A stretch of DNA of 64,000 nt from a virus. Lineage: Duplodnaviria > Caudoviricetes. Positions 15,953 through 24,675 of this stretch are shown here, one piece after another. The stretch lies in IMG/VR virus record IMGVR_UViG_3300042997_002652, positions 160,001 through 224,000 of that record. One strand, 5' to 3'. The position numbers and the translations under genes were made by a program. The number at the start of each line of letters is the position of its first letter. Positions within the stretch are counted from its first letter, which is position 1. Below the pieces are notes generated by a model, which was not told the origin of the DNA, did not search any database, and was given only the letters and a program-made list of their open reading frames with translations.

Positions 15953-17046
15953 TGGTAAATAAATGGATCTCGTTTTCTAAGTTCTTCCAATCTCGCTTTT
16001 AATCGTTGTTCTCTTTCATCTTGATATGACGATTCTAATCCCTTTTTGTATATACTCAACAGTGAAAAAATCTCAGTTCTTAGATTATTTTTAAATTCTT
16101 CAGTTTCGTTTAATATAGCCATAAGTTTTTTACCCTCACTATAATTATAGCAATAATGAGCAGCAACTCTAAATTTAGTAAAATTATCAGAATCTGATTC
16201 TGATAACACCCACCTTTTCCAATAATCACTATTAATTACTGAAATAAAAAAGACAGCAAATTCTGCCGAACAATGATCTCTTAGTTGGTATAATACAGTG
16301 GATTGTATAGATCCCAATTGAGGAGCTATATTAACTGCATCTACATTTGCTTTTGTTCTATACAATAAATCGCTTTCTAACAAATAATCAGCGTTATGTT
16401 CTTTGAACATCAATCCATATGAGTGTATCTTTTCTGAAGTTACTTTATTCACAATTGGATCAAATGTTCCAACTTGAGTGTGTTTAGTTAAACTTCCGGT
16501 TTGCGTAACAAAGAATTTTAAATTATTTTTATATTTTTGAACAAACACTAATTGCTTGTCTAAGTTAGCAATACTTTCATCTAATCCAGTATTAGTATTA
16601 TCTTCACTACCAAATTCAAACATGATATCAGGATTAAGTGACAATGCATAATCAAATAGCTTGATTGCTACTGATTCTTGCATATCTTGACTTACTCTAC
16701 TTACGTCTATATGAATTAAATCAAATCCTGACTCTATATCAGTTTCTATAGTTTTTAAGCATCTATTTACTGCATAATCTAAAGTTAAGCGTTTATCATC
16801 ATCACTAAAGTAAGGTCCGCAATGATCTCTACAAATCAATACTCGGTTAGGATCATAATTTTTATTTTGTTTAACATACTCAACAAAAGATTCAGTAGTA
16901 AACGCATAGCCAGAATCAAAATCTACTTGATTTCTACTAGCTATTAACATGATAGGATAATCGTGAATCTTACTATATTCTAAGCAAAGATTTACTATAT
17001 CTTTACTCATAGGTCCTAGACCTAGTTTAAATTTACTTATGTTCAT
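15949..17046 (-). CDS. KbaZ/GatZ-like (tagatose-bisphosphate aldolase/epimerase family) TIM-barrel protein
   Basis: ASRNQVD, DHCGP, LIHID, KEHNADY, NIAPQLG; likely start at 17046. Confidence 0.7.
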   Translation of the reverse strand: MNISKFKLGLGPMSKDIVNLCLEYSKIHDYPIMLIASRNQVDFDSGYAFTTESFVEYVKQNKNYDPNRVLICRDHCGPYFSDDDKRLTLDYAVNRCLKTIETDIESGFDLIHIDVSRVSQDMQESVAIKLFDYALSLNPDIMFEFGSEDNTNTGLDESIANLDKQLVFVQKYKNNLKFFVTQTGSLTKHTQVGTFDPIVNKVTSEKIHSYGLMFKEHNADYLLESDLLYRTKANVDAVNIAPQLGSIQSTVLYQLRDHCSAEFAVFFISVINSDYWKRWVLSESDSDNFTKFRVAAHYCYNYSEGKKLMAILNETEEFKNNLRTEIFSLLSIYKKGLESSYQDEREQRLKARLEELRKRDPFIYQ

Positions 17047-17512
17047 TAATAATAACATCCTTTAAATACAAACAAGCGTCAAGAACTGCACCAGATCCAG
17101 CCGCGCTTTCAGTGATAAATTTAGCCGCTTGTTTTGCTTCTTTTCTAGCACTTGAGGGTGCTATACCTATCTTAACTTTTTCAAGAATAGGAGCATCGTG
17201 ATAACCGTCACCTATAAACGCAGTCTCATCTAGATTACAATTATCTATGAACCATTCCATACGATGTCCTTCAGGAACAAGATGCAACTGTTCTGAGCTA
17301 AACTTCCAATCAGTTACAATTCTAGCATAGGTGATATCCCAGCCAACCTTGTCAGCCGTTATAAACTGTATGTCTTTTATATAATTTTTAATTATCTTTA
17401 AGCCATCACTATCATGTGGACCAAATACTTTATATATTTTTCCTTCTTTACTATATATTAAGTGACCGGTAGTTAATACCCCGTCTATATCCAAAACTAA
17501 CTTAGTAATCAT
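17033..17512 (-). CDS. KdsC/YrbI-family HAD sugar-phosphate phosphatase
   Basis: DIDGVLT, K.F...D..GL, FIGDGYHD, G.GAV motifs. Confidence 0.85.
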   Translation of the reverse strand: MITKLVLDIDGVLTTGHLIYSKEGKIYKVFGPHDSDGLKIIKNYIKDIQFITADKVGWDITYARIVTDWKFSSEQLHLVPEGHRMEWFIDNCNLDETAFIGDGYHDAPILEKVKIGIAPSSARKEAKQAAKFITESAAGSGAVLDACLYLKDVIINEHK

Positions 17513-18233
17513 TTTTTTCAGCTTCTATTTTGTCAAATTCTAGTTCGTTTACTAGTACACCGGTATATAACATAAATTGTTTTAAAAATTGATGTTTGTA
17601 AAACTCTGACCCACTTATGTATTCTACATCGTTGTTTAGACATTGTTTGTATAATTCTTTCTTTTTTATTGCTAAGTCTATTACTAGTTTCTTGTTTTTT
17701 AAACTAAGCAAAGGACTTTCATCATCAACCGTTCCTATACCGGTGCAGTTTATAACTACTTCAGCATTGTTATCATGTCTATCGTCCCAGTTTTGCAATC
17801 TGCGACTATACATATTTATAGTGATGTCTCTGTTGGATAAATATTTACTATACATGCTAGCCATTGATCCGTCGCCTAGTATAGCAACTGACTTTGATTG
17901 TATTTTAGTAGATGTTTGGATAACGCCTTCAATGTCGGTATTATACCCGTATAGCTTTTTGTCTTTAATAACAATTGTATTACATGAGTTGTAGTTGCTG
18001 ACCGAAGAGTCACAATAATTAAGCATCAAACTTGCTTGCTGCTTAAATGGCATACTTACACTTATACCACTAACGCCCTGATCTATTGCTGCTCTTATTT
18101 GATCTTCAAAATTTTCATCAGTAGCCGGTAAGGGAACATATTCAGCTTCTATGTTGTAAAGCTTAAAGAAATTAGTGTAAAAATATTTTCCGTTAGAACT
18201 TGGATATTTGCTAAGACTAATGAATCGTTTCAT
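17502..18233 (-). CDS. Shikimate-dehydrogenase (AroE)-like NAD(P) oxidoreductase
   Basis: GISVSMPFK, NTIV...GYNTD, ILGDGSMA, VINCTG. Confidence 0.8.
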   Translation of the reverse strand: MKRFISLSKYPSSNGKYFYTNFFKLYNIEAEYVPLPATDENFEDQIRAAIDQGVSGISVSMPFKQQASLMLNYCDSSVSNYNSCNTIVIKDKKLYGYNTDIEGVIQTSTKIQSKSVAILGDGSMASMYSKYLSNRDITINMYSRRLQNWDDRHDNNAEVVINCTGIGTVDDESPLLSLKNKKLVIDLAIKKKELYKQCLNNDVEYISGSEFYKHQFLKQFMLYTGVLVNELEFDKIEAEKNDY

Positions 18234-19764
18234 TTAATTCTAATTTAGAAAACATAAGAATACCTAAATACCATAAAAACTCATCAAAGGGTTTAGTATG
18301 TAAGGGCGACATGTTCCAAAATATAATAGGAACAAGTAACTTTACTTTATGTTCATTATAGTTTTTATCTCTTATATATTCTAGTAGTTTGGATATATAG
18401 TATTCATAATCGTCACAGTGAGGTACATCTAGATAAACTTTAGTACCTTTTTTGGTTATCTCAAAAGTATTGTTTTTAATCTTACTATAATCTATTACAA
18501 ATCCACCATATAACTTTGCCAAATCATAGTACAAATCTCCTACTTCAACAGAAGTACCGAATTCATGTCTCCAGTCTATAACAATAAATTCATTGGTATC
18601 AGTAATAATAGTATTATCAAATTGTAAATCGCCGTGAGTATACGAAGGTATAATATCGTTGCATAGCATATCAAAATTTATATTTTGTATATAATGTGTG
18701 TAGTCTTTTACCGGAACATCATTAACATGAGTCACTTCTGGTAAATTTTTGTTTTTTTCTATAAACATTTTTATTCTTTTTAATGTTTTGTCTTTATAGA
18801 AGTTTAGCGCATCTGAATTAATATCAGCGTGTTTTTTTATCCATACTTTTTTGTCTAACCATTCAAGGAAATCAGAAAAAACATTTGGATCATTTTTTAC
18901 ATATAAAGTAGAACCCGGGCAATAATCATACACTAAAAATTGCCCTTGTTGCTTAACATTACGAGGGTAAGCATTGGGGTTAGTTAAATACTTTTTATAT
19001 TTTTTAATAGATACTTCAGGATCTTTCCAACATTTTACTACTTTGTTATTAACAATGTATGTAACTTCATCTGTTTTAGTAAAATCATAATGTTCGGTCT
19101 TTTTAACTTCATTTTGGTAAATATTTAAGTTGCCAAAATCTAACCAAGAATCTAAGTTTTTAACTTTGCTATTTAATAAAATAGTATAAATTATTTCAGG
19201 ACTGTCTCGCGTTAACAATCTTTTCTTGAAAGAATCAAAATCTTTTATAAACATTACTCCAGTAAATGAAGACCAAGAACTATCAGTATTTTGTTTAAAT
19301 TTATACTCTTTTATCCTATCATCTTTTACATTAAAAGTAGTATATTCTTGATGCAATTTTTGATCAACTTGTTTTACAAAGTAAGTATCCTCATTATACT
19401 CACCCAATATATTTTCATTAAAATAGGTGTCACATGGAATATAAAAGAACGAACTATTAATTTTATCTAAACACTGTGTTATTGTGTAGCCCGGGCCTGT
19501 CCAAGATTGTTTATAATGTTCTATATCAACAAATTCAATATTTCTATCACTGTACGTTAATTCGCAAAAGTCTTTTACTTGTTGTTTGTTGTATCCAATA
19601 GGGATAATAAACTTAGTGTCTTTGGGGAACTGTTCTATAATATGTGATAACACTGGTTTATGTTTATATGATACTAAACTTTTGTTTATAAATTGAGATA
19701 TAACTCCCAATCGTGATCCCAATCCAGCAGTAGGGATAATAACAGTAATGTTATTCATGTTCAC
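18217..19764 (-). CDS. Sugar-phosphate nucleotidyltransferase fused to an APH/choline-kinase-like domain
   Basis: IPTAGLGSRL..NKSL N-terminus; HGDL..N...IDW kinase motifs. Confidence 0.85.
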   Translation of the reverse strand: MNMNNITVIIPTAGLGSRLGVISQFINKSLVSYKHKPVLSHIIEQFPKDTKFIIPIGYNKQQVKDFCELTYSDRNIEFVDIEHYKQSWTGPGYTITQCLDKINSSFFYIPCDTYFNENILGEYNEDTYFVKQVDQKLHQEYTTFNVKDDRIKEYKFKQNTDSSWSSFTGVMFIKDFDSFKKRLLTRDSPEIIYTILLNSKVKNLDSWLDFGNLNIYQNEVKKTEHYDFTKTDEVTYIVNNKVVKCWKDPEVSIKKYKKYLTNPNAYPRNVKQQGQFLVYDYCPGSTLYVKNDPNVFSDFLEWLDKKVWIKKHADINSDALNFYKDKTLKRIKMFIEKNKNLPEVTHVNDVPVKDYTHYIQNINFDMLCNDIIPSYTHGDLQFDNTIITDTNEFIVIDWRHEFGTSVEVGDLYYDLAKLYGGFVIDYSKIKNNTFEITKKGTKVYLDVPHCDDYEYYISKLLEYIRDKNYNEHKVKLLVPIIFWNMSPLHTKPFDEFLWYLGILMFSKLELNETIH

Positions 19765-20188
19765 TTATAATCCTACCGTGTGTTCTTCCTGCATCGTCTT
19801 GTAATCTATAAACATCATCTAACTCAGTAGTACTGGTTTCTATAAACTCTAAATCAGTAACAGCAACAACTCTATGGACAATACCCGGTGTTATAGTAAA
19901 TGTTACTCCCGGAGAGAGTTCTATCACTTCAAACGTTTCTTCGTATTCATTTACCTGGCCTATAGTCATTCCTTTTTCTAAAAACATATCTATATCAAAT
20001 ATAGTTTTACTGCGATACAATTTACCCGTACCTTTGATAATACAATTAGTTTCACATTTGTACTTATGTACTTGCAAGCTAGTACGGTTTCCTGCTAAGA
20101 ATAATATATTTTTTACAGCATAGGGGGTTCTGGTACCATCTTCTATCCATGATTCATGGCCCCATGGTTTTTTAACTAATTTAGACAT
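19751..20188 (-). CDS. Cupin (type II mannose-6-phosphate-isomerase-like)
   Basis: KPWG, TSLQVHKYKCE, PGIVHR, DDVYRLQD. Confidence 0.85.
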   Translation of the reverse strand: MSKLVKKPWGHESWIEDGTRTPYAVKNILFLAGNRTSLQVHKYKCETNCIIKGTGKLYRSKTIFDIDMFLEKGMTIGQVNEYEETFEVIELSPGVTFTITPGIVHRVVAVTDLEFIETSTTELDDVYRLQDDAGRTHGRIISEHE

Positions 20189-20224
20189 TGTAATTCCTCG
20201 TGAAGAAAAAATTTGCTATAGCCT

Positions 20225-21277
20225 TCAGAAGAAATCACCCAAATTATCTGAATTTCTTCGTATGTTAATAGCAGTTGCTCCTGGATATGGGTTTAACTCA
20301 TTATAATCGTTGATCAATATTCGCGCAGAATCATTTAAATTCATTAATAGTTGAAAGTCGTTAAAACCCAGAGACTTTAACATCTGATGTGTAATATCTC
20401 TAACAGATTCAGGTCTAGAGGTTGTAAAGATTATCTGAGATCCCTGATCCTGCATTTTCAAAACAGTACCGACATTATTATTGAGAGGTACCGGCACACT
20501 GTCGTAATTATCAACCCCGTAACGTTGTTGATGTTTAATAATAGTTCCGTCAATATCACAGAATACAACAGGTTTATTATTATGTTCTAACCAATCATAC
20601 ATCGTACTTATATCAATATAATCAGTTGTATCTACTATAAAAAAAGGTTGATTAGCTGACAACATATATCGTACAACATCACTAATAAATATTTCATTGT
20701 TTTCTTGTAAATTAGAATATTTTATATCCTGCACCGCTGTTCTGAAATAATGTGCCTGTTGGAACTTATAACCCCCTGTACAATAAGTATCAGATAATAC
20801 CCGTTTTTCTGATATTTTTTGCACAAATCCAGTATCATTGAATGATACATAACTTTTATTAACAGGACTATTTACCGTTAATTTTTTATTAAAGGTAGAG
20901 ACACATAAATAATGTCCTTCAACTATTTCATGCTTGAAAAAACTATCACAATCTTTTACTAGTATAGGACTAGCCATGGAAATTTGTGCAAGTTCTATTA
21001 TTGCATCAACGGTGTCGGCCGGTCCCGAAGTTTGGTCAGGTACTATTACTAAATTTATTAAATTTCCGAATTCATGTTGTATAAAATCTTTTATATTAAA
21101 CTTCTGTTCGTGTTCGGCAAGAACACCTATATGTATTTTATATTTGGTCAAATAAGGTTCAACCGCTCTGAAGAGCATACTTTTGCCTGCATAATCATAT
21201 AACATAAATTTAGGTTTGTCCTCGGGAAACCGAGTTACTAACTCAGTTGCCGGCACTGCCGGCACTATTATTTCCAT
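20225..21277 (-). CDS. NTP-transferase-like domain fused to a HAD phosphatase (BcbF/EcbF-like)
   Basis: IIVPA...RF...KP, TSGPADT, DCD, GGYKF; C-terminal FCDIDGT, FTTSR, INDY. Confidence 0.75.
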   Translation of the reverse strand: MEIIVPAVPATELVTRFPEDKPKFMLYDYAGKSMLFRAVEPYLTKYKIHIGVLAEHEQKFNIKDFIQHEFGNLINLVIVPDQTSGPADTVDAIIELAQISMASPILVKDCDSFFKHEIVEGHYLCVSTFNKKLTVNSPVNKSYVSFNDTGFVQKISEKRVLSDTYCTGGYKFQQAHYFRTAVQDIKYSNLQENNEIFISDVVRYMLSANQPFFIVDTTDYIDISTMYDWLEHNNKPVVFCDIDGTIIKHQQRYGVDNYDSVPVPLNNNVGTVLKMQDQGSQIIFTTSRPESVRDITHQMLKSLGFNDFQLLMNLNDSARILINDYNELNPYPGATAINIRRNSDNLGDFF

Positions 21278-22743
21278 ACTCTGTTCATTTCCTCTAATAA
21301 CATTTTTTGTTCAATTGTTCCCTTCTGTGAATATTTATATACCCGTAATAATATTAGAATATAAAGATAGTCATTAAATGCTTCAGGAAACGCAATAACA
21401 AGTTCTTGTTTGATTGCAGATAATTTCAAATTGAATTCATTTTTATTTTCGTGTCTAATAAACCATTTACCGTCAAGATCATGTCGCAACTTAACTATAT
21501 CAAATATCCAGGAATTATATGCATTGGAATCAGGGTCTATCATGTAAAAGTTGGGTTCCTTATATATAATGTTGTTTAATGTAAAGTCGCCGTGGCAGAA
21601 ACCAGATGGTAGAATTTTAGGCAATTTATTTAAAAGTTCGGTGATAGTAAAGGGTAATTTATTATCGTTCTTGAAACAATCTAACTGATTTTTATATATT
21701 AATGTATAATTCTTTTCTTGAGTATTTATATTTTTAAATCTGTTCATGGTATCAATAACAAAATTTACAAATTTATGAATATTATCTAACTTTATAAAAG
21801 TTTTCATGTCGTATCCAGATATATATTCCATGTCAAGAACATTTTCTTCTTTATCTATAATTTTAGGAACTAAAAAGTTATTCTGATTCAATAATATTAA
21901 TTTTTCATAATTTCTTTCTATATTATCTATTTTTCGTATAATAAAATCATTAAGACTTTTAATCATTAGCACTTTACTTCCAGAAAGTCCAGAAAACTCT
22001 TTTATAATCGTATCTTGAGAATTTAGTGATCTATACCATTTGTCAGAATCTTTGCTAGCTATTTCAAAATCAATATGCGGTTTGTTTCTAGAATTGGGCC
22101 TAACAATACAAATCTGTTTTCCTACCCCTTTTATTGTTTTCGGTGCATATTTAAAGATTTTAGATATTTTTTTTGCTAACCAAACATGTATATCTACCGT
22201 ATTATGTAATTCGCTTACAGGAAGATTTATTAATTTAATAATACTTTCATACTTTCCTATTATCATCTGATCCTGTATCCACATATGTACTACAGATTCG
22301 GTAGTGAATGTGTATATACGATCTTCATTCATTTCATTTATTTCATTTAACCATTCAAAAAAATGCGCAACATTAACATCATATTTAAAATACAAATCCG
22401 GTCTAATAATCAGACATACATCATATTTTATGTTTGATACTTTAACAAGTGCTATTCCTGCCATCCATCTATTAATCATTCTATGATTATTATTTTTACA
22501 TGCTATATTACATGTTATAGCACTTCCTATATCAACACCTTTACAATTAGGTATAAGTCGTCTAATATTATATTCAGTTACGGTTTCATCGACATGAATG
22601 TTCAATTTATCATTGTGTTGTTTTGTAGTTTCCCAAGTTGAAAAATAAACATCTACGTCAGGATTGTCTAAAAACTTCCAAGATTTGTGTGCAATCTCAA
22701 ACTCTCTAAAAGCACCGGAGATTAACACAGCTATTTTTGTCAC
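21268..22743 (-). CDS. Glycosyltransferase-like N-terminal domain fused to an APH-like kinase
   Basis: KIAVLISG..R, YFSTW, IRPDL; FSGLSG, HGDFTL.N, MIDP, K.R.DL. Confidence 0.75.
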   Translation of the reverse strand: MTKIAVLISGAFREFEIAHKSWKFLDNPDVDVYFSTWETTKQHNDKLNIHVDETVTEYNIRRLIPNCKGVDIGSAITCNIACKNNNHRMINRWMAGIALVKVSNIKYDVCLIIRPDLYFKYDVNVAHFFEWLNEINEMNEDRIYTFTTESVVHMWIQDQMIIGKYESIIKLINLPVSELHNTVDIHVWLAKKISKIFKYAPKTIKGVGKQICIVRPNSRNKPHIDFEIASKDSDKWYRSLNSQDTIIKEFSGLSGSKVLMIKSLNDFIIRKIDNIERNYEKLILLNQNNFLVPKIIDKEENVLDMEYISGYDMKTFIKLDNIHKFVNFVIDTMNRFKNINTQEKNYTLIYKNQLDCFKNDNKLPFTITELLNKLPKILPSGFCHGDFTLNNIIYKEPNFYMIDPDSNAYNSWIFDIVKLRHDLDGKWFIRHENKNEFNLKLSAIKQELVIAFPEAFNDYLYILILLRVYKYSQKGTIEQKMLLEEMNRVWK

Positions 22744-23477
22744 AGTAAATCTTTGTTAGAGAAAAGCTCATTTTTATTTATATGATCCAATAAATGATGT
22801 GCCCAAGCCTTATGCGCTTTTTCTAGAGGATGTAATCTAGGCCCTATCTCAAATCCATGCATGTGCGTGAATTGGGCGAACGATATGTCATCATAATATC
22901 TAGGTTTGTATATTTGATTAACTACGCTGGCTGGCACACTTTCTGTAGTTATCATTTTCTCGTATTTATTACCCATAGATGATGTTAATAAATACGGTAT
23001 TTTATTTTTCATTAAGAAATGTTGCAAACCGAGAACATGTAACATATCACTCATGTATATTCCTTTATTATCTTTTACTATGTTAATAAATAACTCCCAC
23101 AATTTATACAAATCAGAAGATTTATCGCCCGGAGGAAATGTATACATGAACGGGAACCAGTTTGTGTCTATATAAAATTCTCTTCTATATGCATGTGTCA
23201 AACTTATATTAACAAATATTTTTTCAGGTGCGTATTTTTCTAATGCCTGTGTTATATTTGTTATTGTTTTTCTATAGGCTCTTTCATTTGATCCTCCCGG
23301 TAATGCTTTATTGACATATTGTTTTAATCCCGGGATAGTATCAGCCATGATACCCGAATAACATTTCTTTCTATGGTATAACGTGAAATCGTATACATCA
23401 CGAGTTTGTAATCTAGGATATCCTAATTCTTGCCCAAATGCAAATGAGTCTCCGGATATGTAAAAATATTCTATCAT
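22740..23477 (-). CDS. SGNH-hydrolase-like protein
   Basis: GDSF block I, ALPGGSN block II, HP..AH block V; likely start 23477 (ATGA overlap). Confidence 0.7.
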   Translation of the reverse strand: MIEYFYISGDSFAFGQELGYPRLQTRDVYDFTLYHRKKCYSGIMADTIPGLKQYVNKALPGGSNERAYRKTITNITQALEKYAPEKIFVNISLTHAYRREFYIDTNWFPFMYTFPPGDKSSDLYKLWELFINIVKDNKGIYMSDMLHVLGLQHFLMKNKIPYLLTSSMGNKYEKMITTESVPASVVNQIYKPRYYDDISFAQFTHMHGFEIGPRLHPLEKAHKAWAHHLLDHINKNELFSNKDLL

Positions 23478-24214
23478 ACCTGATAATACCTCATATGGTT
23501 CATACATATATCTCCGTATTTGATTATAGAATCTGCCGGTATACATTCTTTTCTATAAACAACTTCACCAGCATTGCTGTTTTTCATATACACGATGTTA
23601 TATTTATTGCAATAGTCGTGCAGTATTACCCCGGGGCCTAAATATGATAAATCATCAGTCGTACTAATAATATGACGATAAACGTCAGTAACTACATCTA
23701 TGCAATATGATGATCCGTAAAAAAACACATCTGATAAGTTTGTTCGGTTGAACTCCGTTTTCATTCTATCTGCATGATTTATATATAAATCTAGTGTATG
23801 GTTTGGTTGCTTAAAAATAAAATTAGATGCAGGGTCAAATATTGAATCATATCTAGCTCTAACTACGCAATCATATCTAAAATTATTCCTTATTTCGTAT
23901 TGTTTTTTCAAATTGTTTGCCATCATCATACTATAAAATAAACTATGCCATGGGCCCTCGGTTGGGCAGTCCTGCTTGCTTTCTATTAATGTTAATTTAG
24001 GATCATATTTATTCAATACTATTTGTAGATCATCTCTGTTAACTAGCTCGTCTTCTGACCAATAAACAAAATCTTTCTTCATTTTCCATGTGTTATAATC
24101 CCAAGCATGACAGAAATAATCAGTTTCATAATCTCCACTGAAATAATTTTGTATAGACTTTAATGTAAATTCCGCAGTCCTAGATTGCCCGCTTAAACAA
24201 ACAGCTATTTTCAT
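23474..24214 (-). CDS. Glycosyltransferase-like protein, paralog of the N-terminus of 21268-22743
   Basis: KIAVCLSGQ.R, YFCHAW, YD.VVRARYD, D.FFYG. Confidence 0.7.
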   Translation of the reverse strand: MKIAVCLSGQSRTAEFTLKSIQNYFSGDYETDYFCHAWDYNTWKMKKDFVYWSEDELVNRDDLQIVLNKYDPKLTLIESKQDCPTEGPWHSLFYSMMMANNLKKQYEIRNNFRYDCVVRARYDSIFDPASNFIFKQPNHTLDLYINHADRMKTEFNRTNLSDVFFYGSSYCIDVVTDVYRHIISTTDDLSYLGPGVILHDYCNKYNIVYMKNSNAGEVVYRKECIPADSIIKYGDICMNHMRYYQV

Positions 24215-24675
24215 CTGGTTATATGCACCATTGGTATTTTTATACTTTTTATATGATAGAAGAATCTAGTAGCATCGGTCATGTCCCAACTAGAATCAAT
24301 CTTATTAAAGATGAATTCACATAACCTATCAAAAACTAGTGAATTTGCATAAAATCCACTAGGAGATATCCCTTTTTTATAGCTGTTATCATAAAAAACG
24401 TTATTTAAATAGTAGATTTTATTATCTATTTCATGTTTAAAATTTAAATTGTTTAACAAATGTACGTCTTCACATTGTAGCGCAATACAAATATCAAAAT
24501 TATTTTTATGATATATTTCATACTGTCGTTTTTGATTAGCGGTAAGCCACATACTAGTATATTGACATTTATCAGATACAGCAAAAGTTTCTATACGATA
24601 ATCCTTTTCACTGAGACTTATATCATTCTTGATTGGTGTATTACCGAACACACATAGAGCTATATTTTTAATCAT
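24211..24675 (-). CDS. Hypothetical protein, possibly a degenerate paralog of 23474-24214
   Basis: KNIALCVFG, KRQYEI..K.NFDICI; ATGA overlaps. Confidence 0.65.
   Translation of the reverse strand: MIKNIALCVFGNTPIKNDISLSEKDYRIETFAVSDKCQYTSMWLTANQKRQYEIYHKNNFDICIALQCEDVHLLNNLNFKHEIDNKIYYLNNVFYDNSYKKGISPSGFYANSLVFDRLCEFIFNKIDSSWDMTDATRFFYHIKSIKIPMVHITR

Noticed and set aside
17033-18233. Genuine shikimate-pathway and KDO-pathway auxiliary genes
   Set aside because: No partner aro or kds genes in the window; context favours repurposed folds, so no gene symbols were assigned
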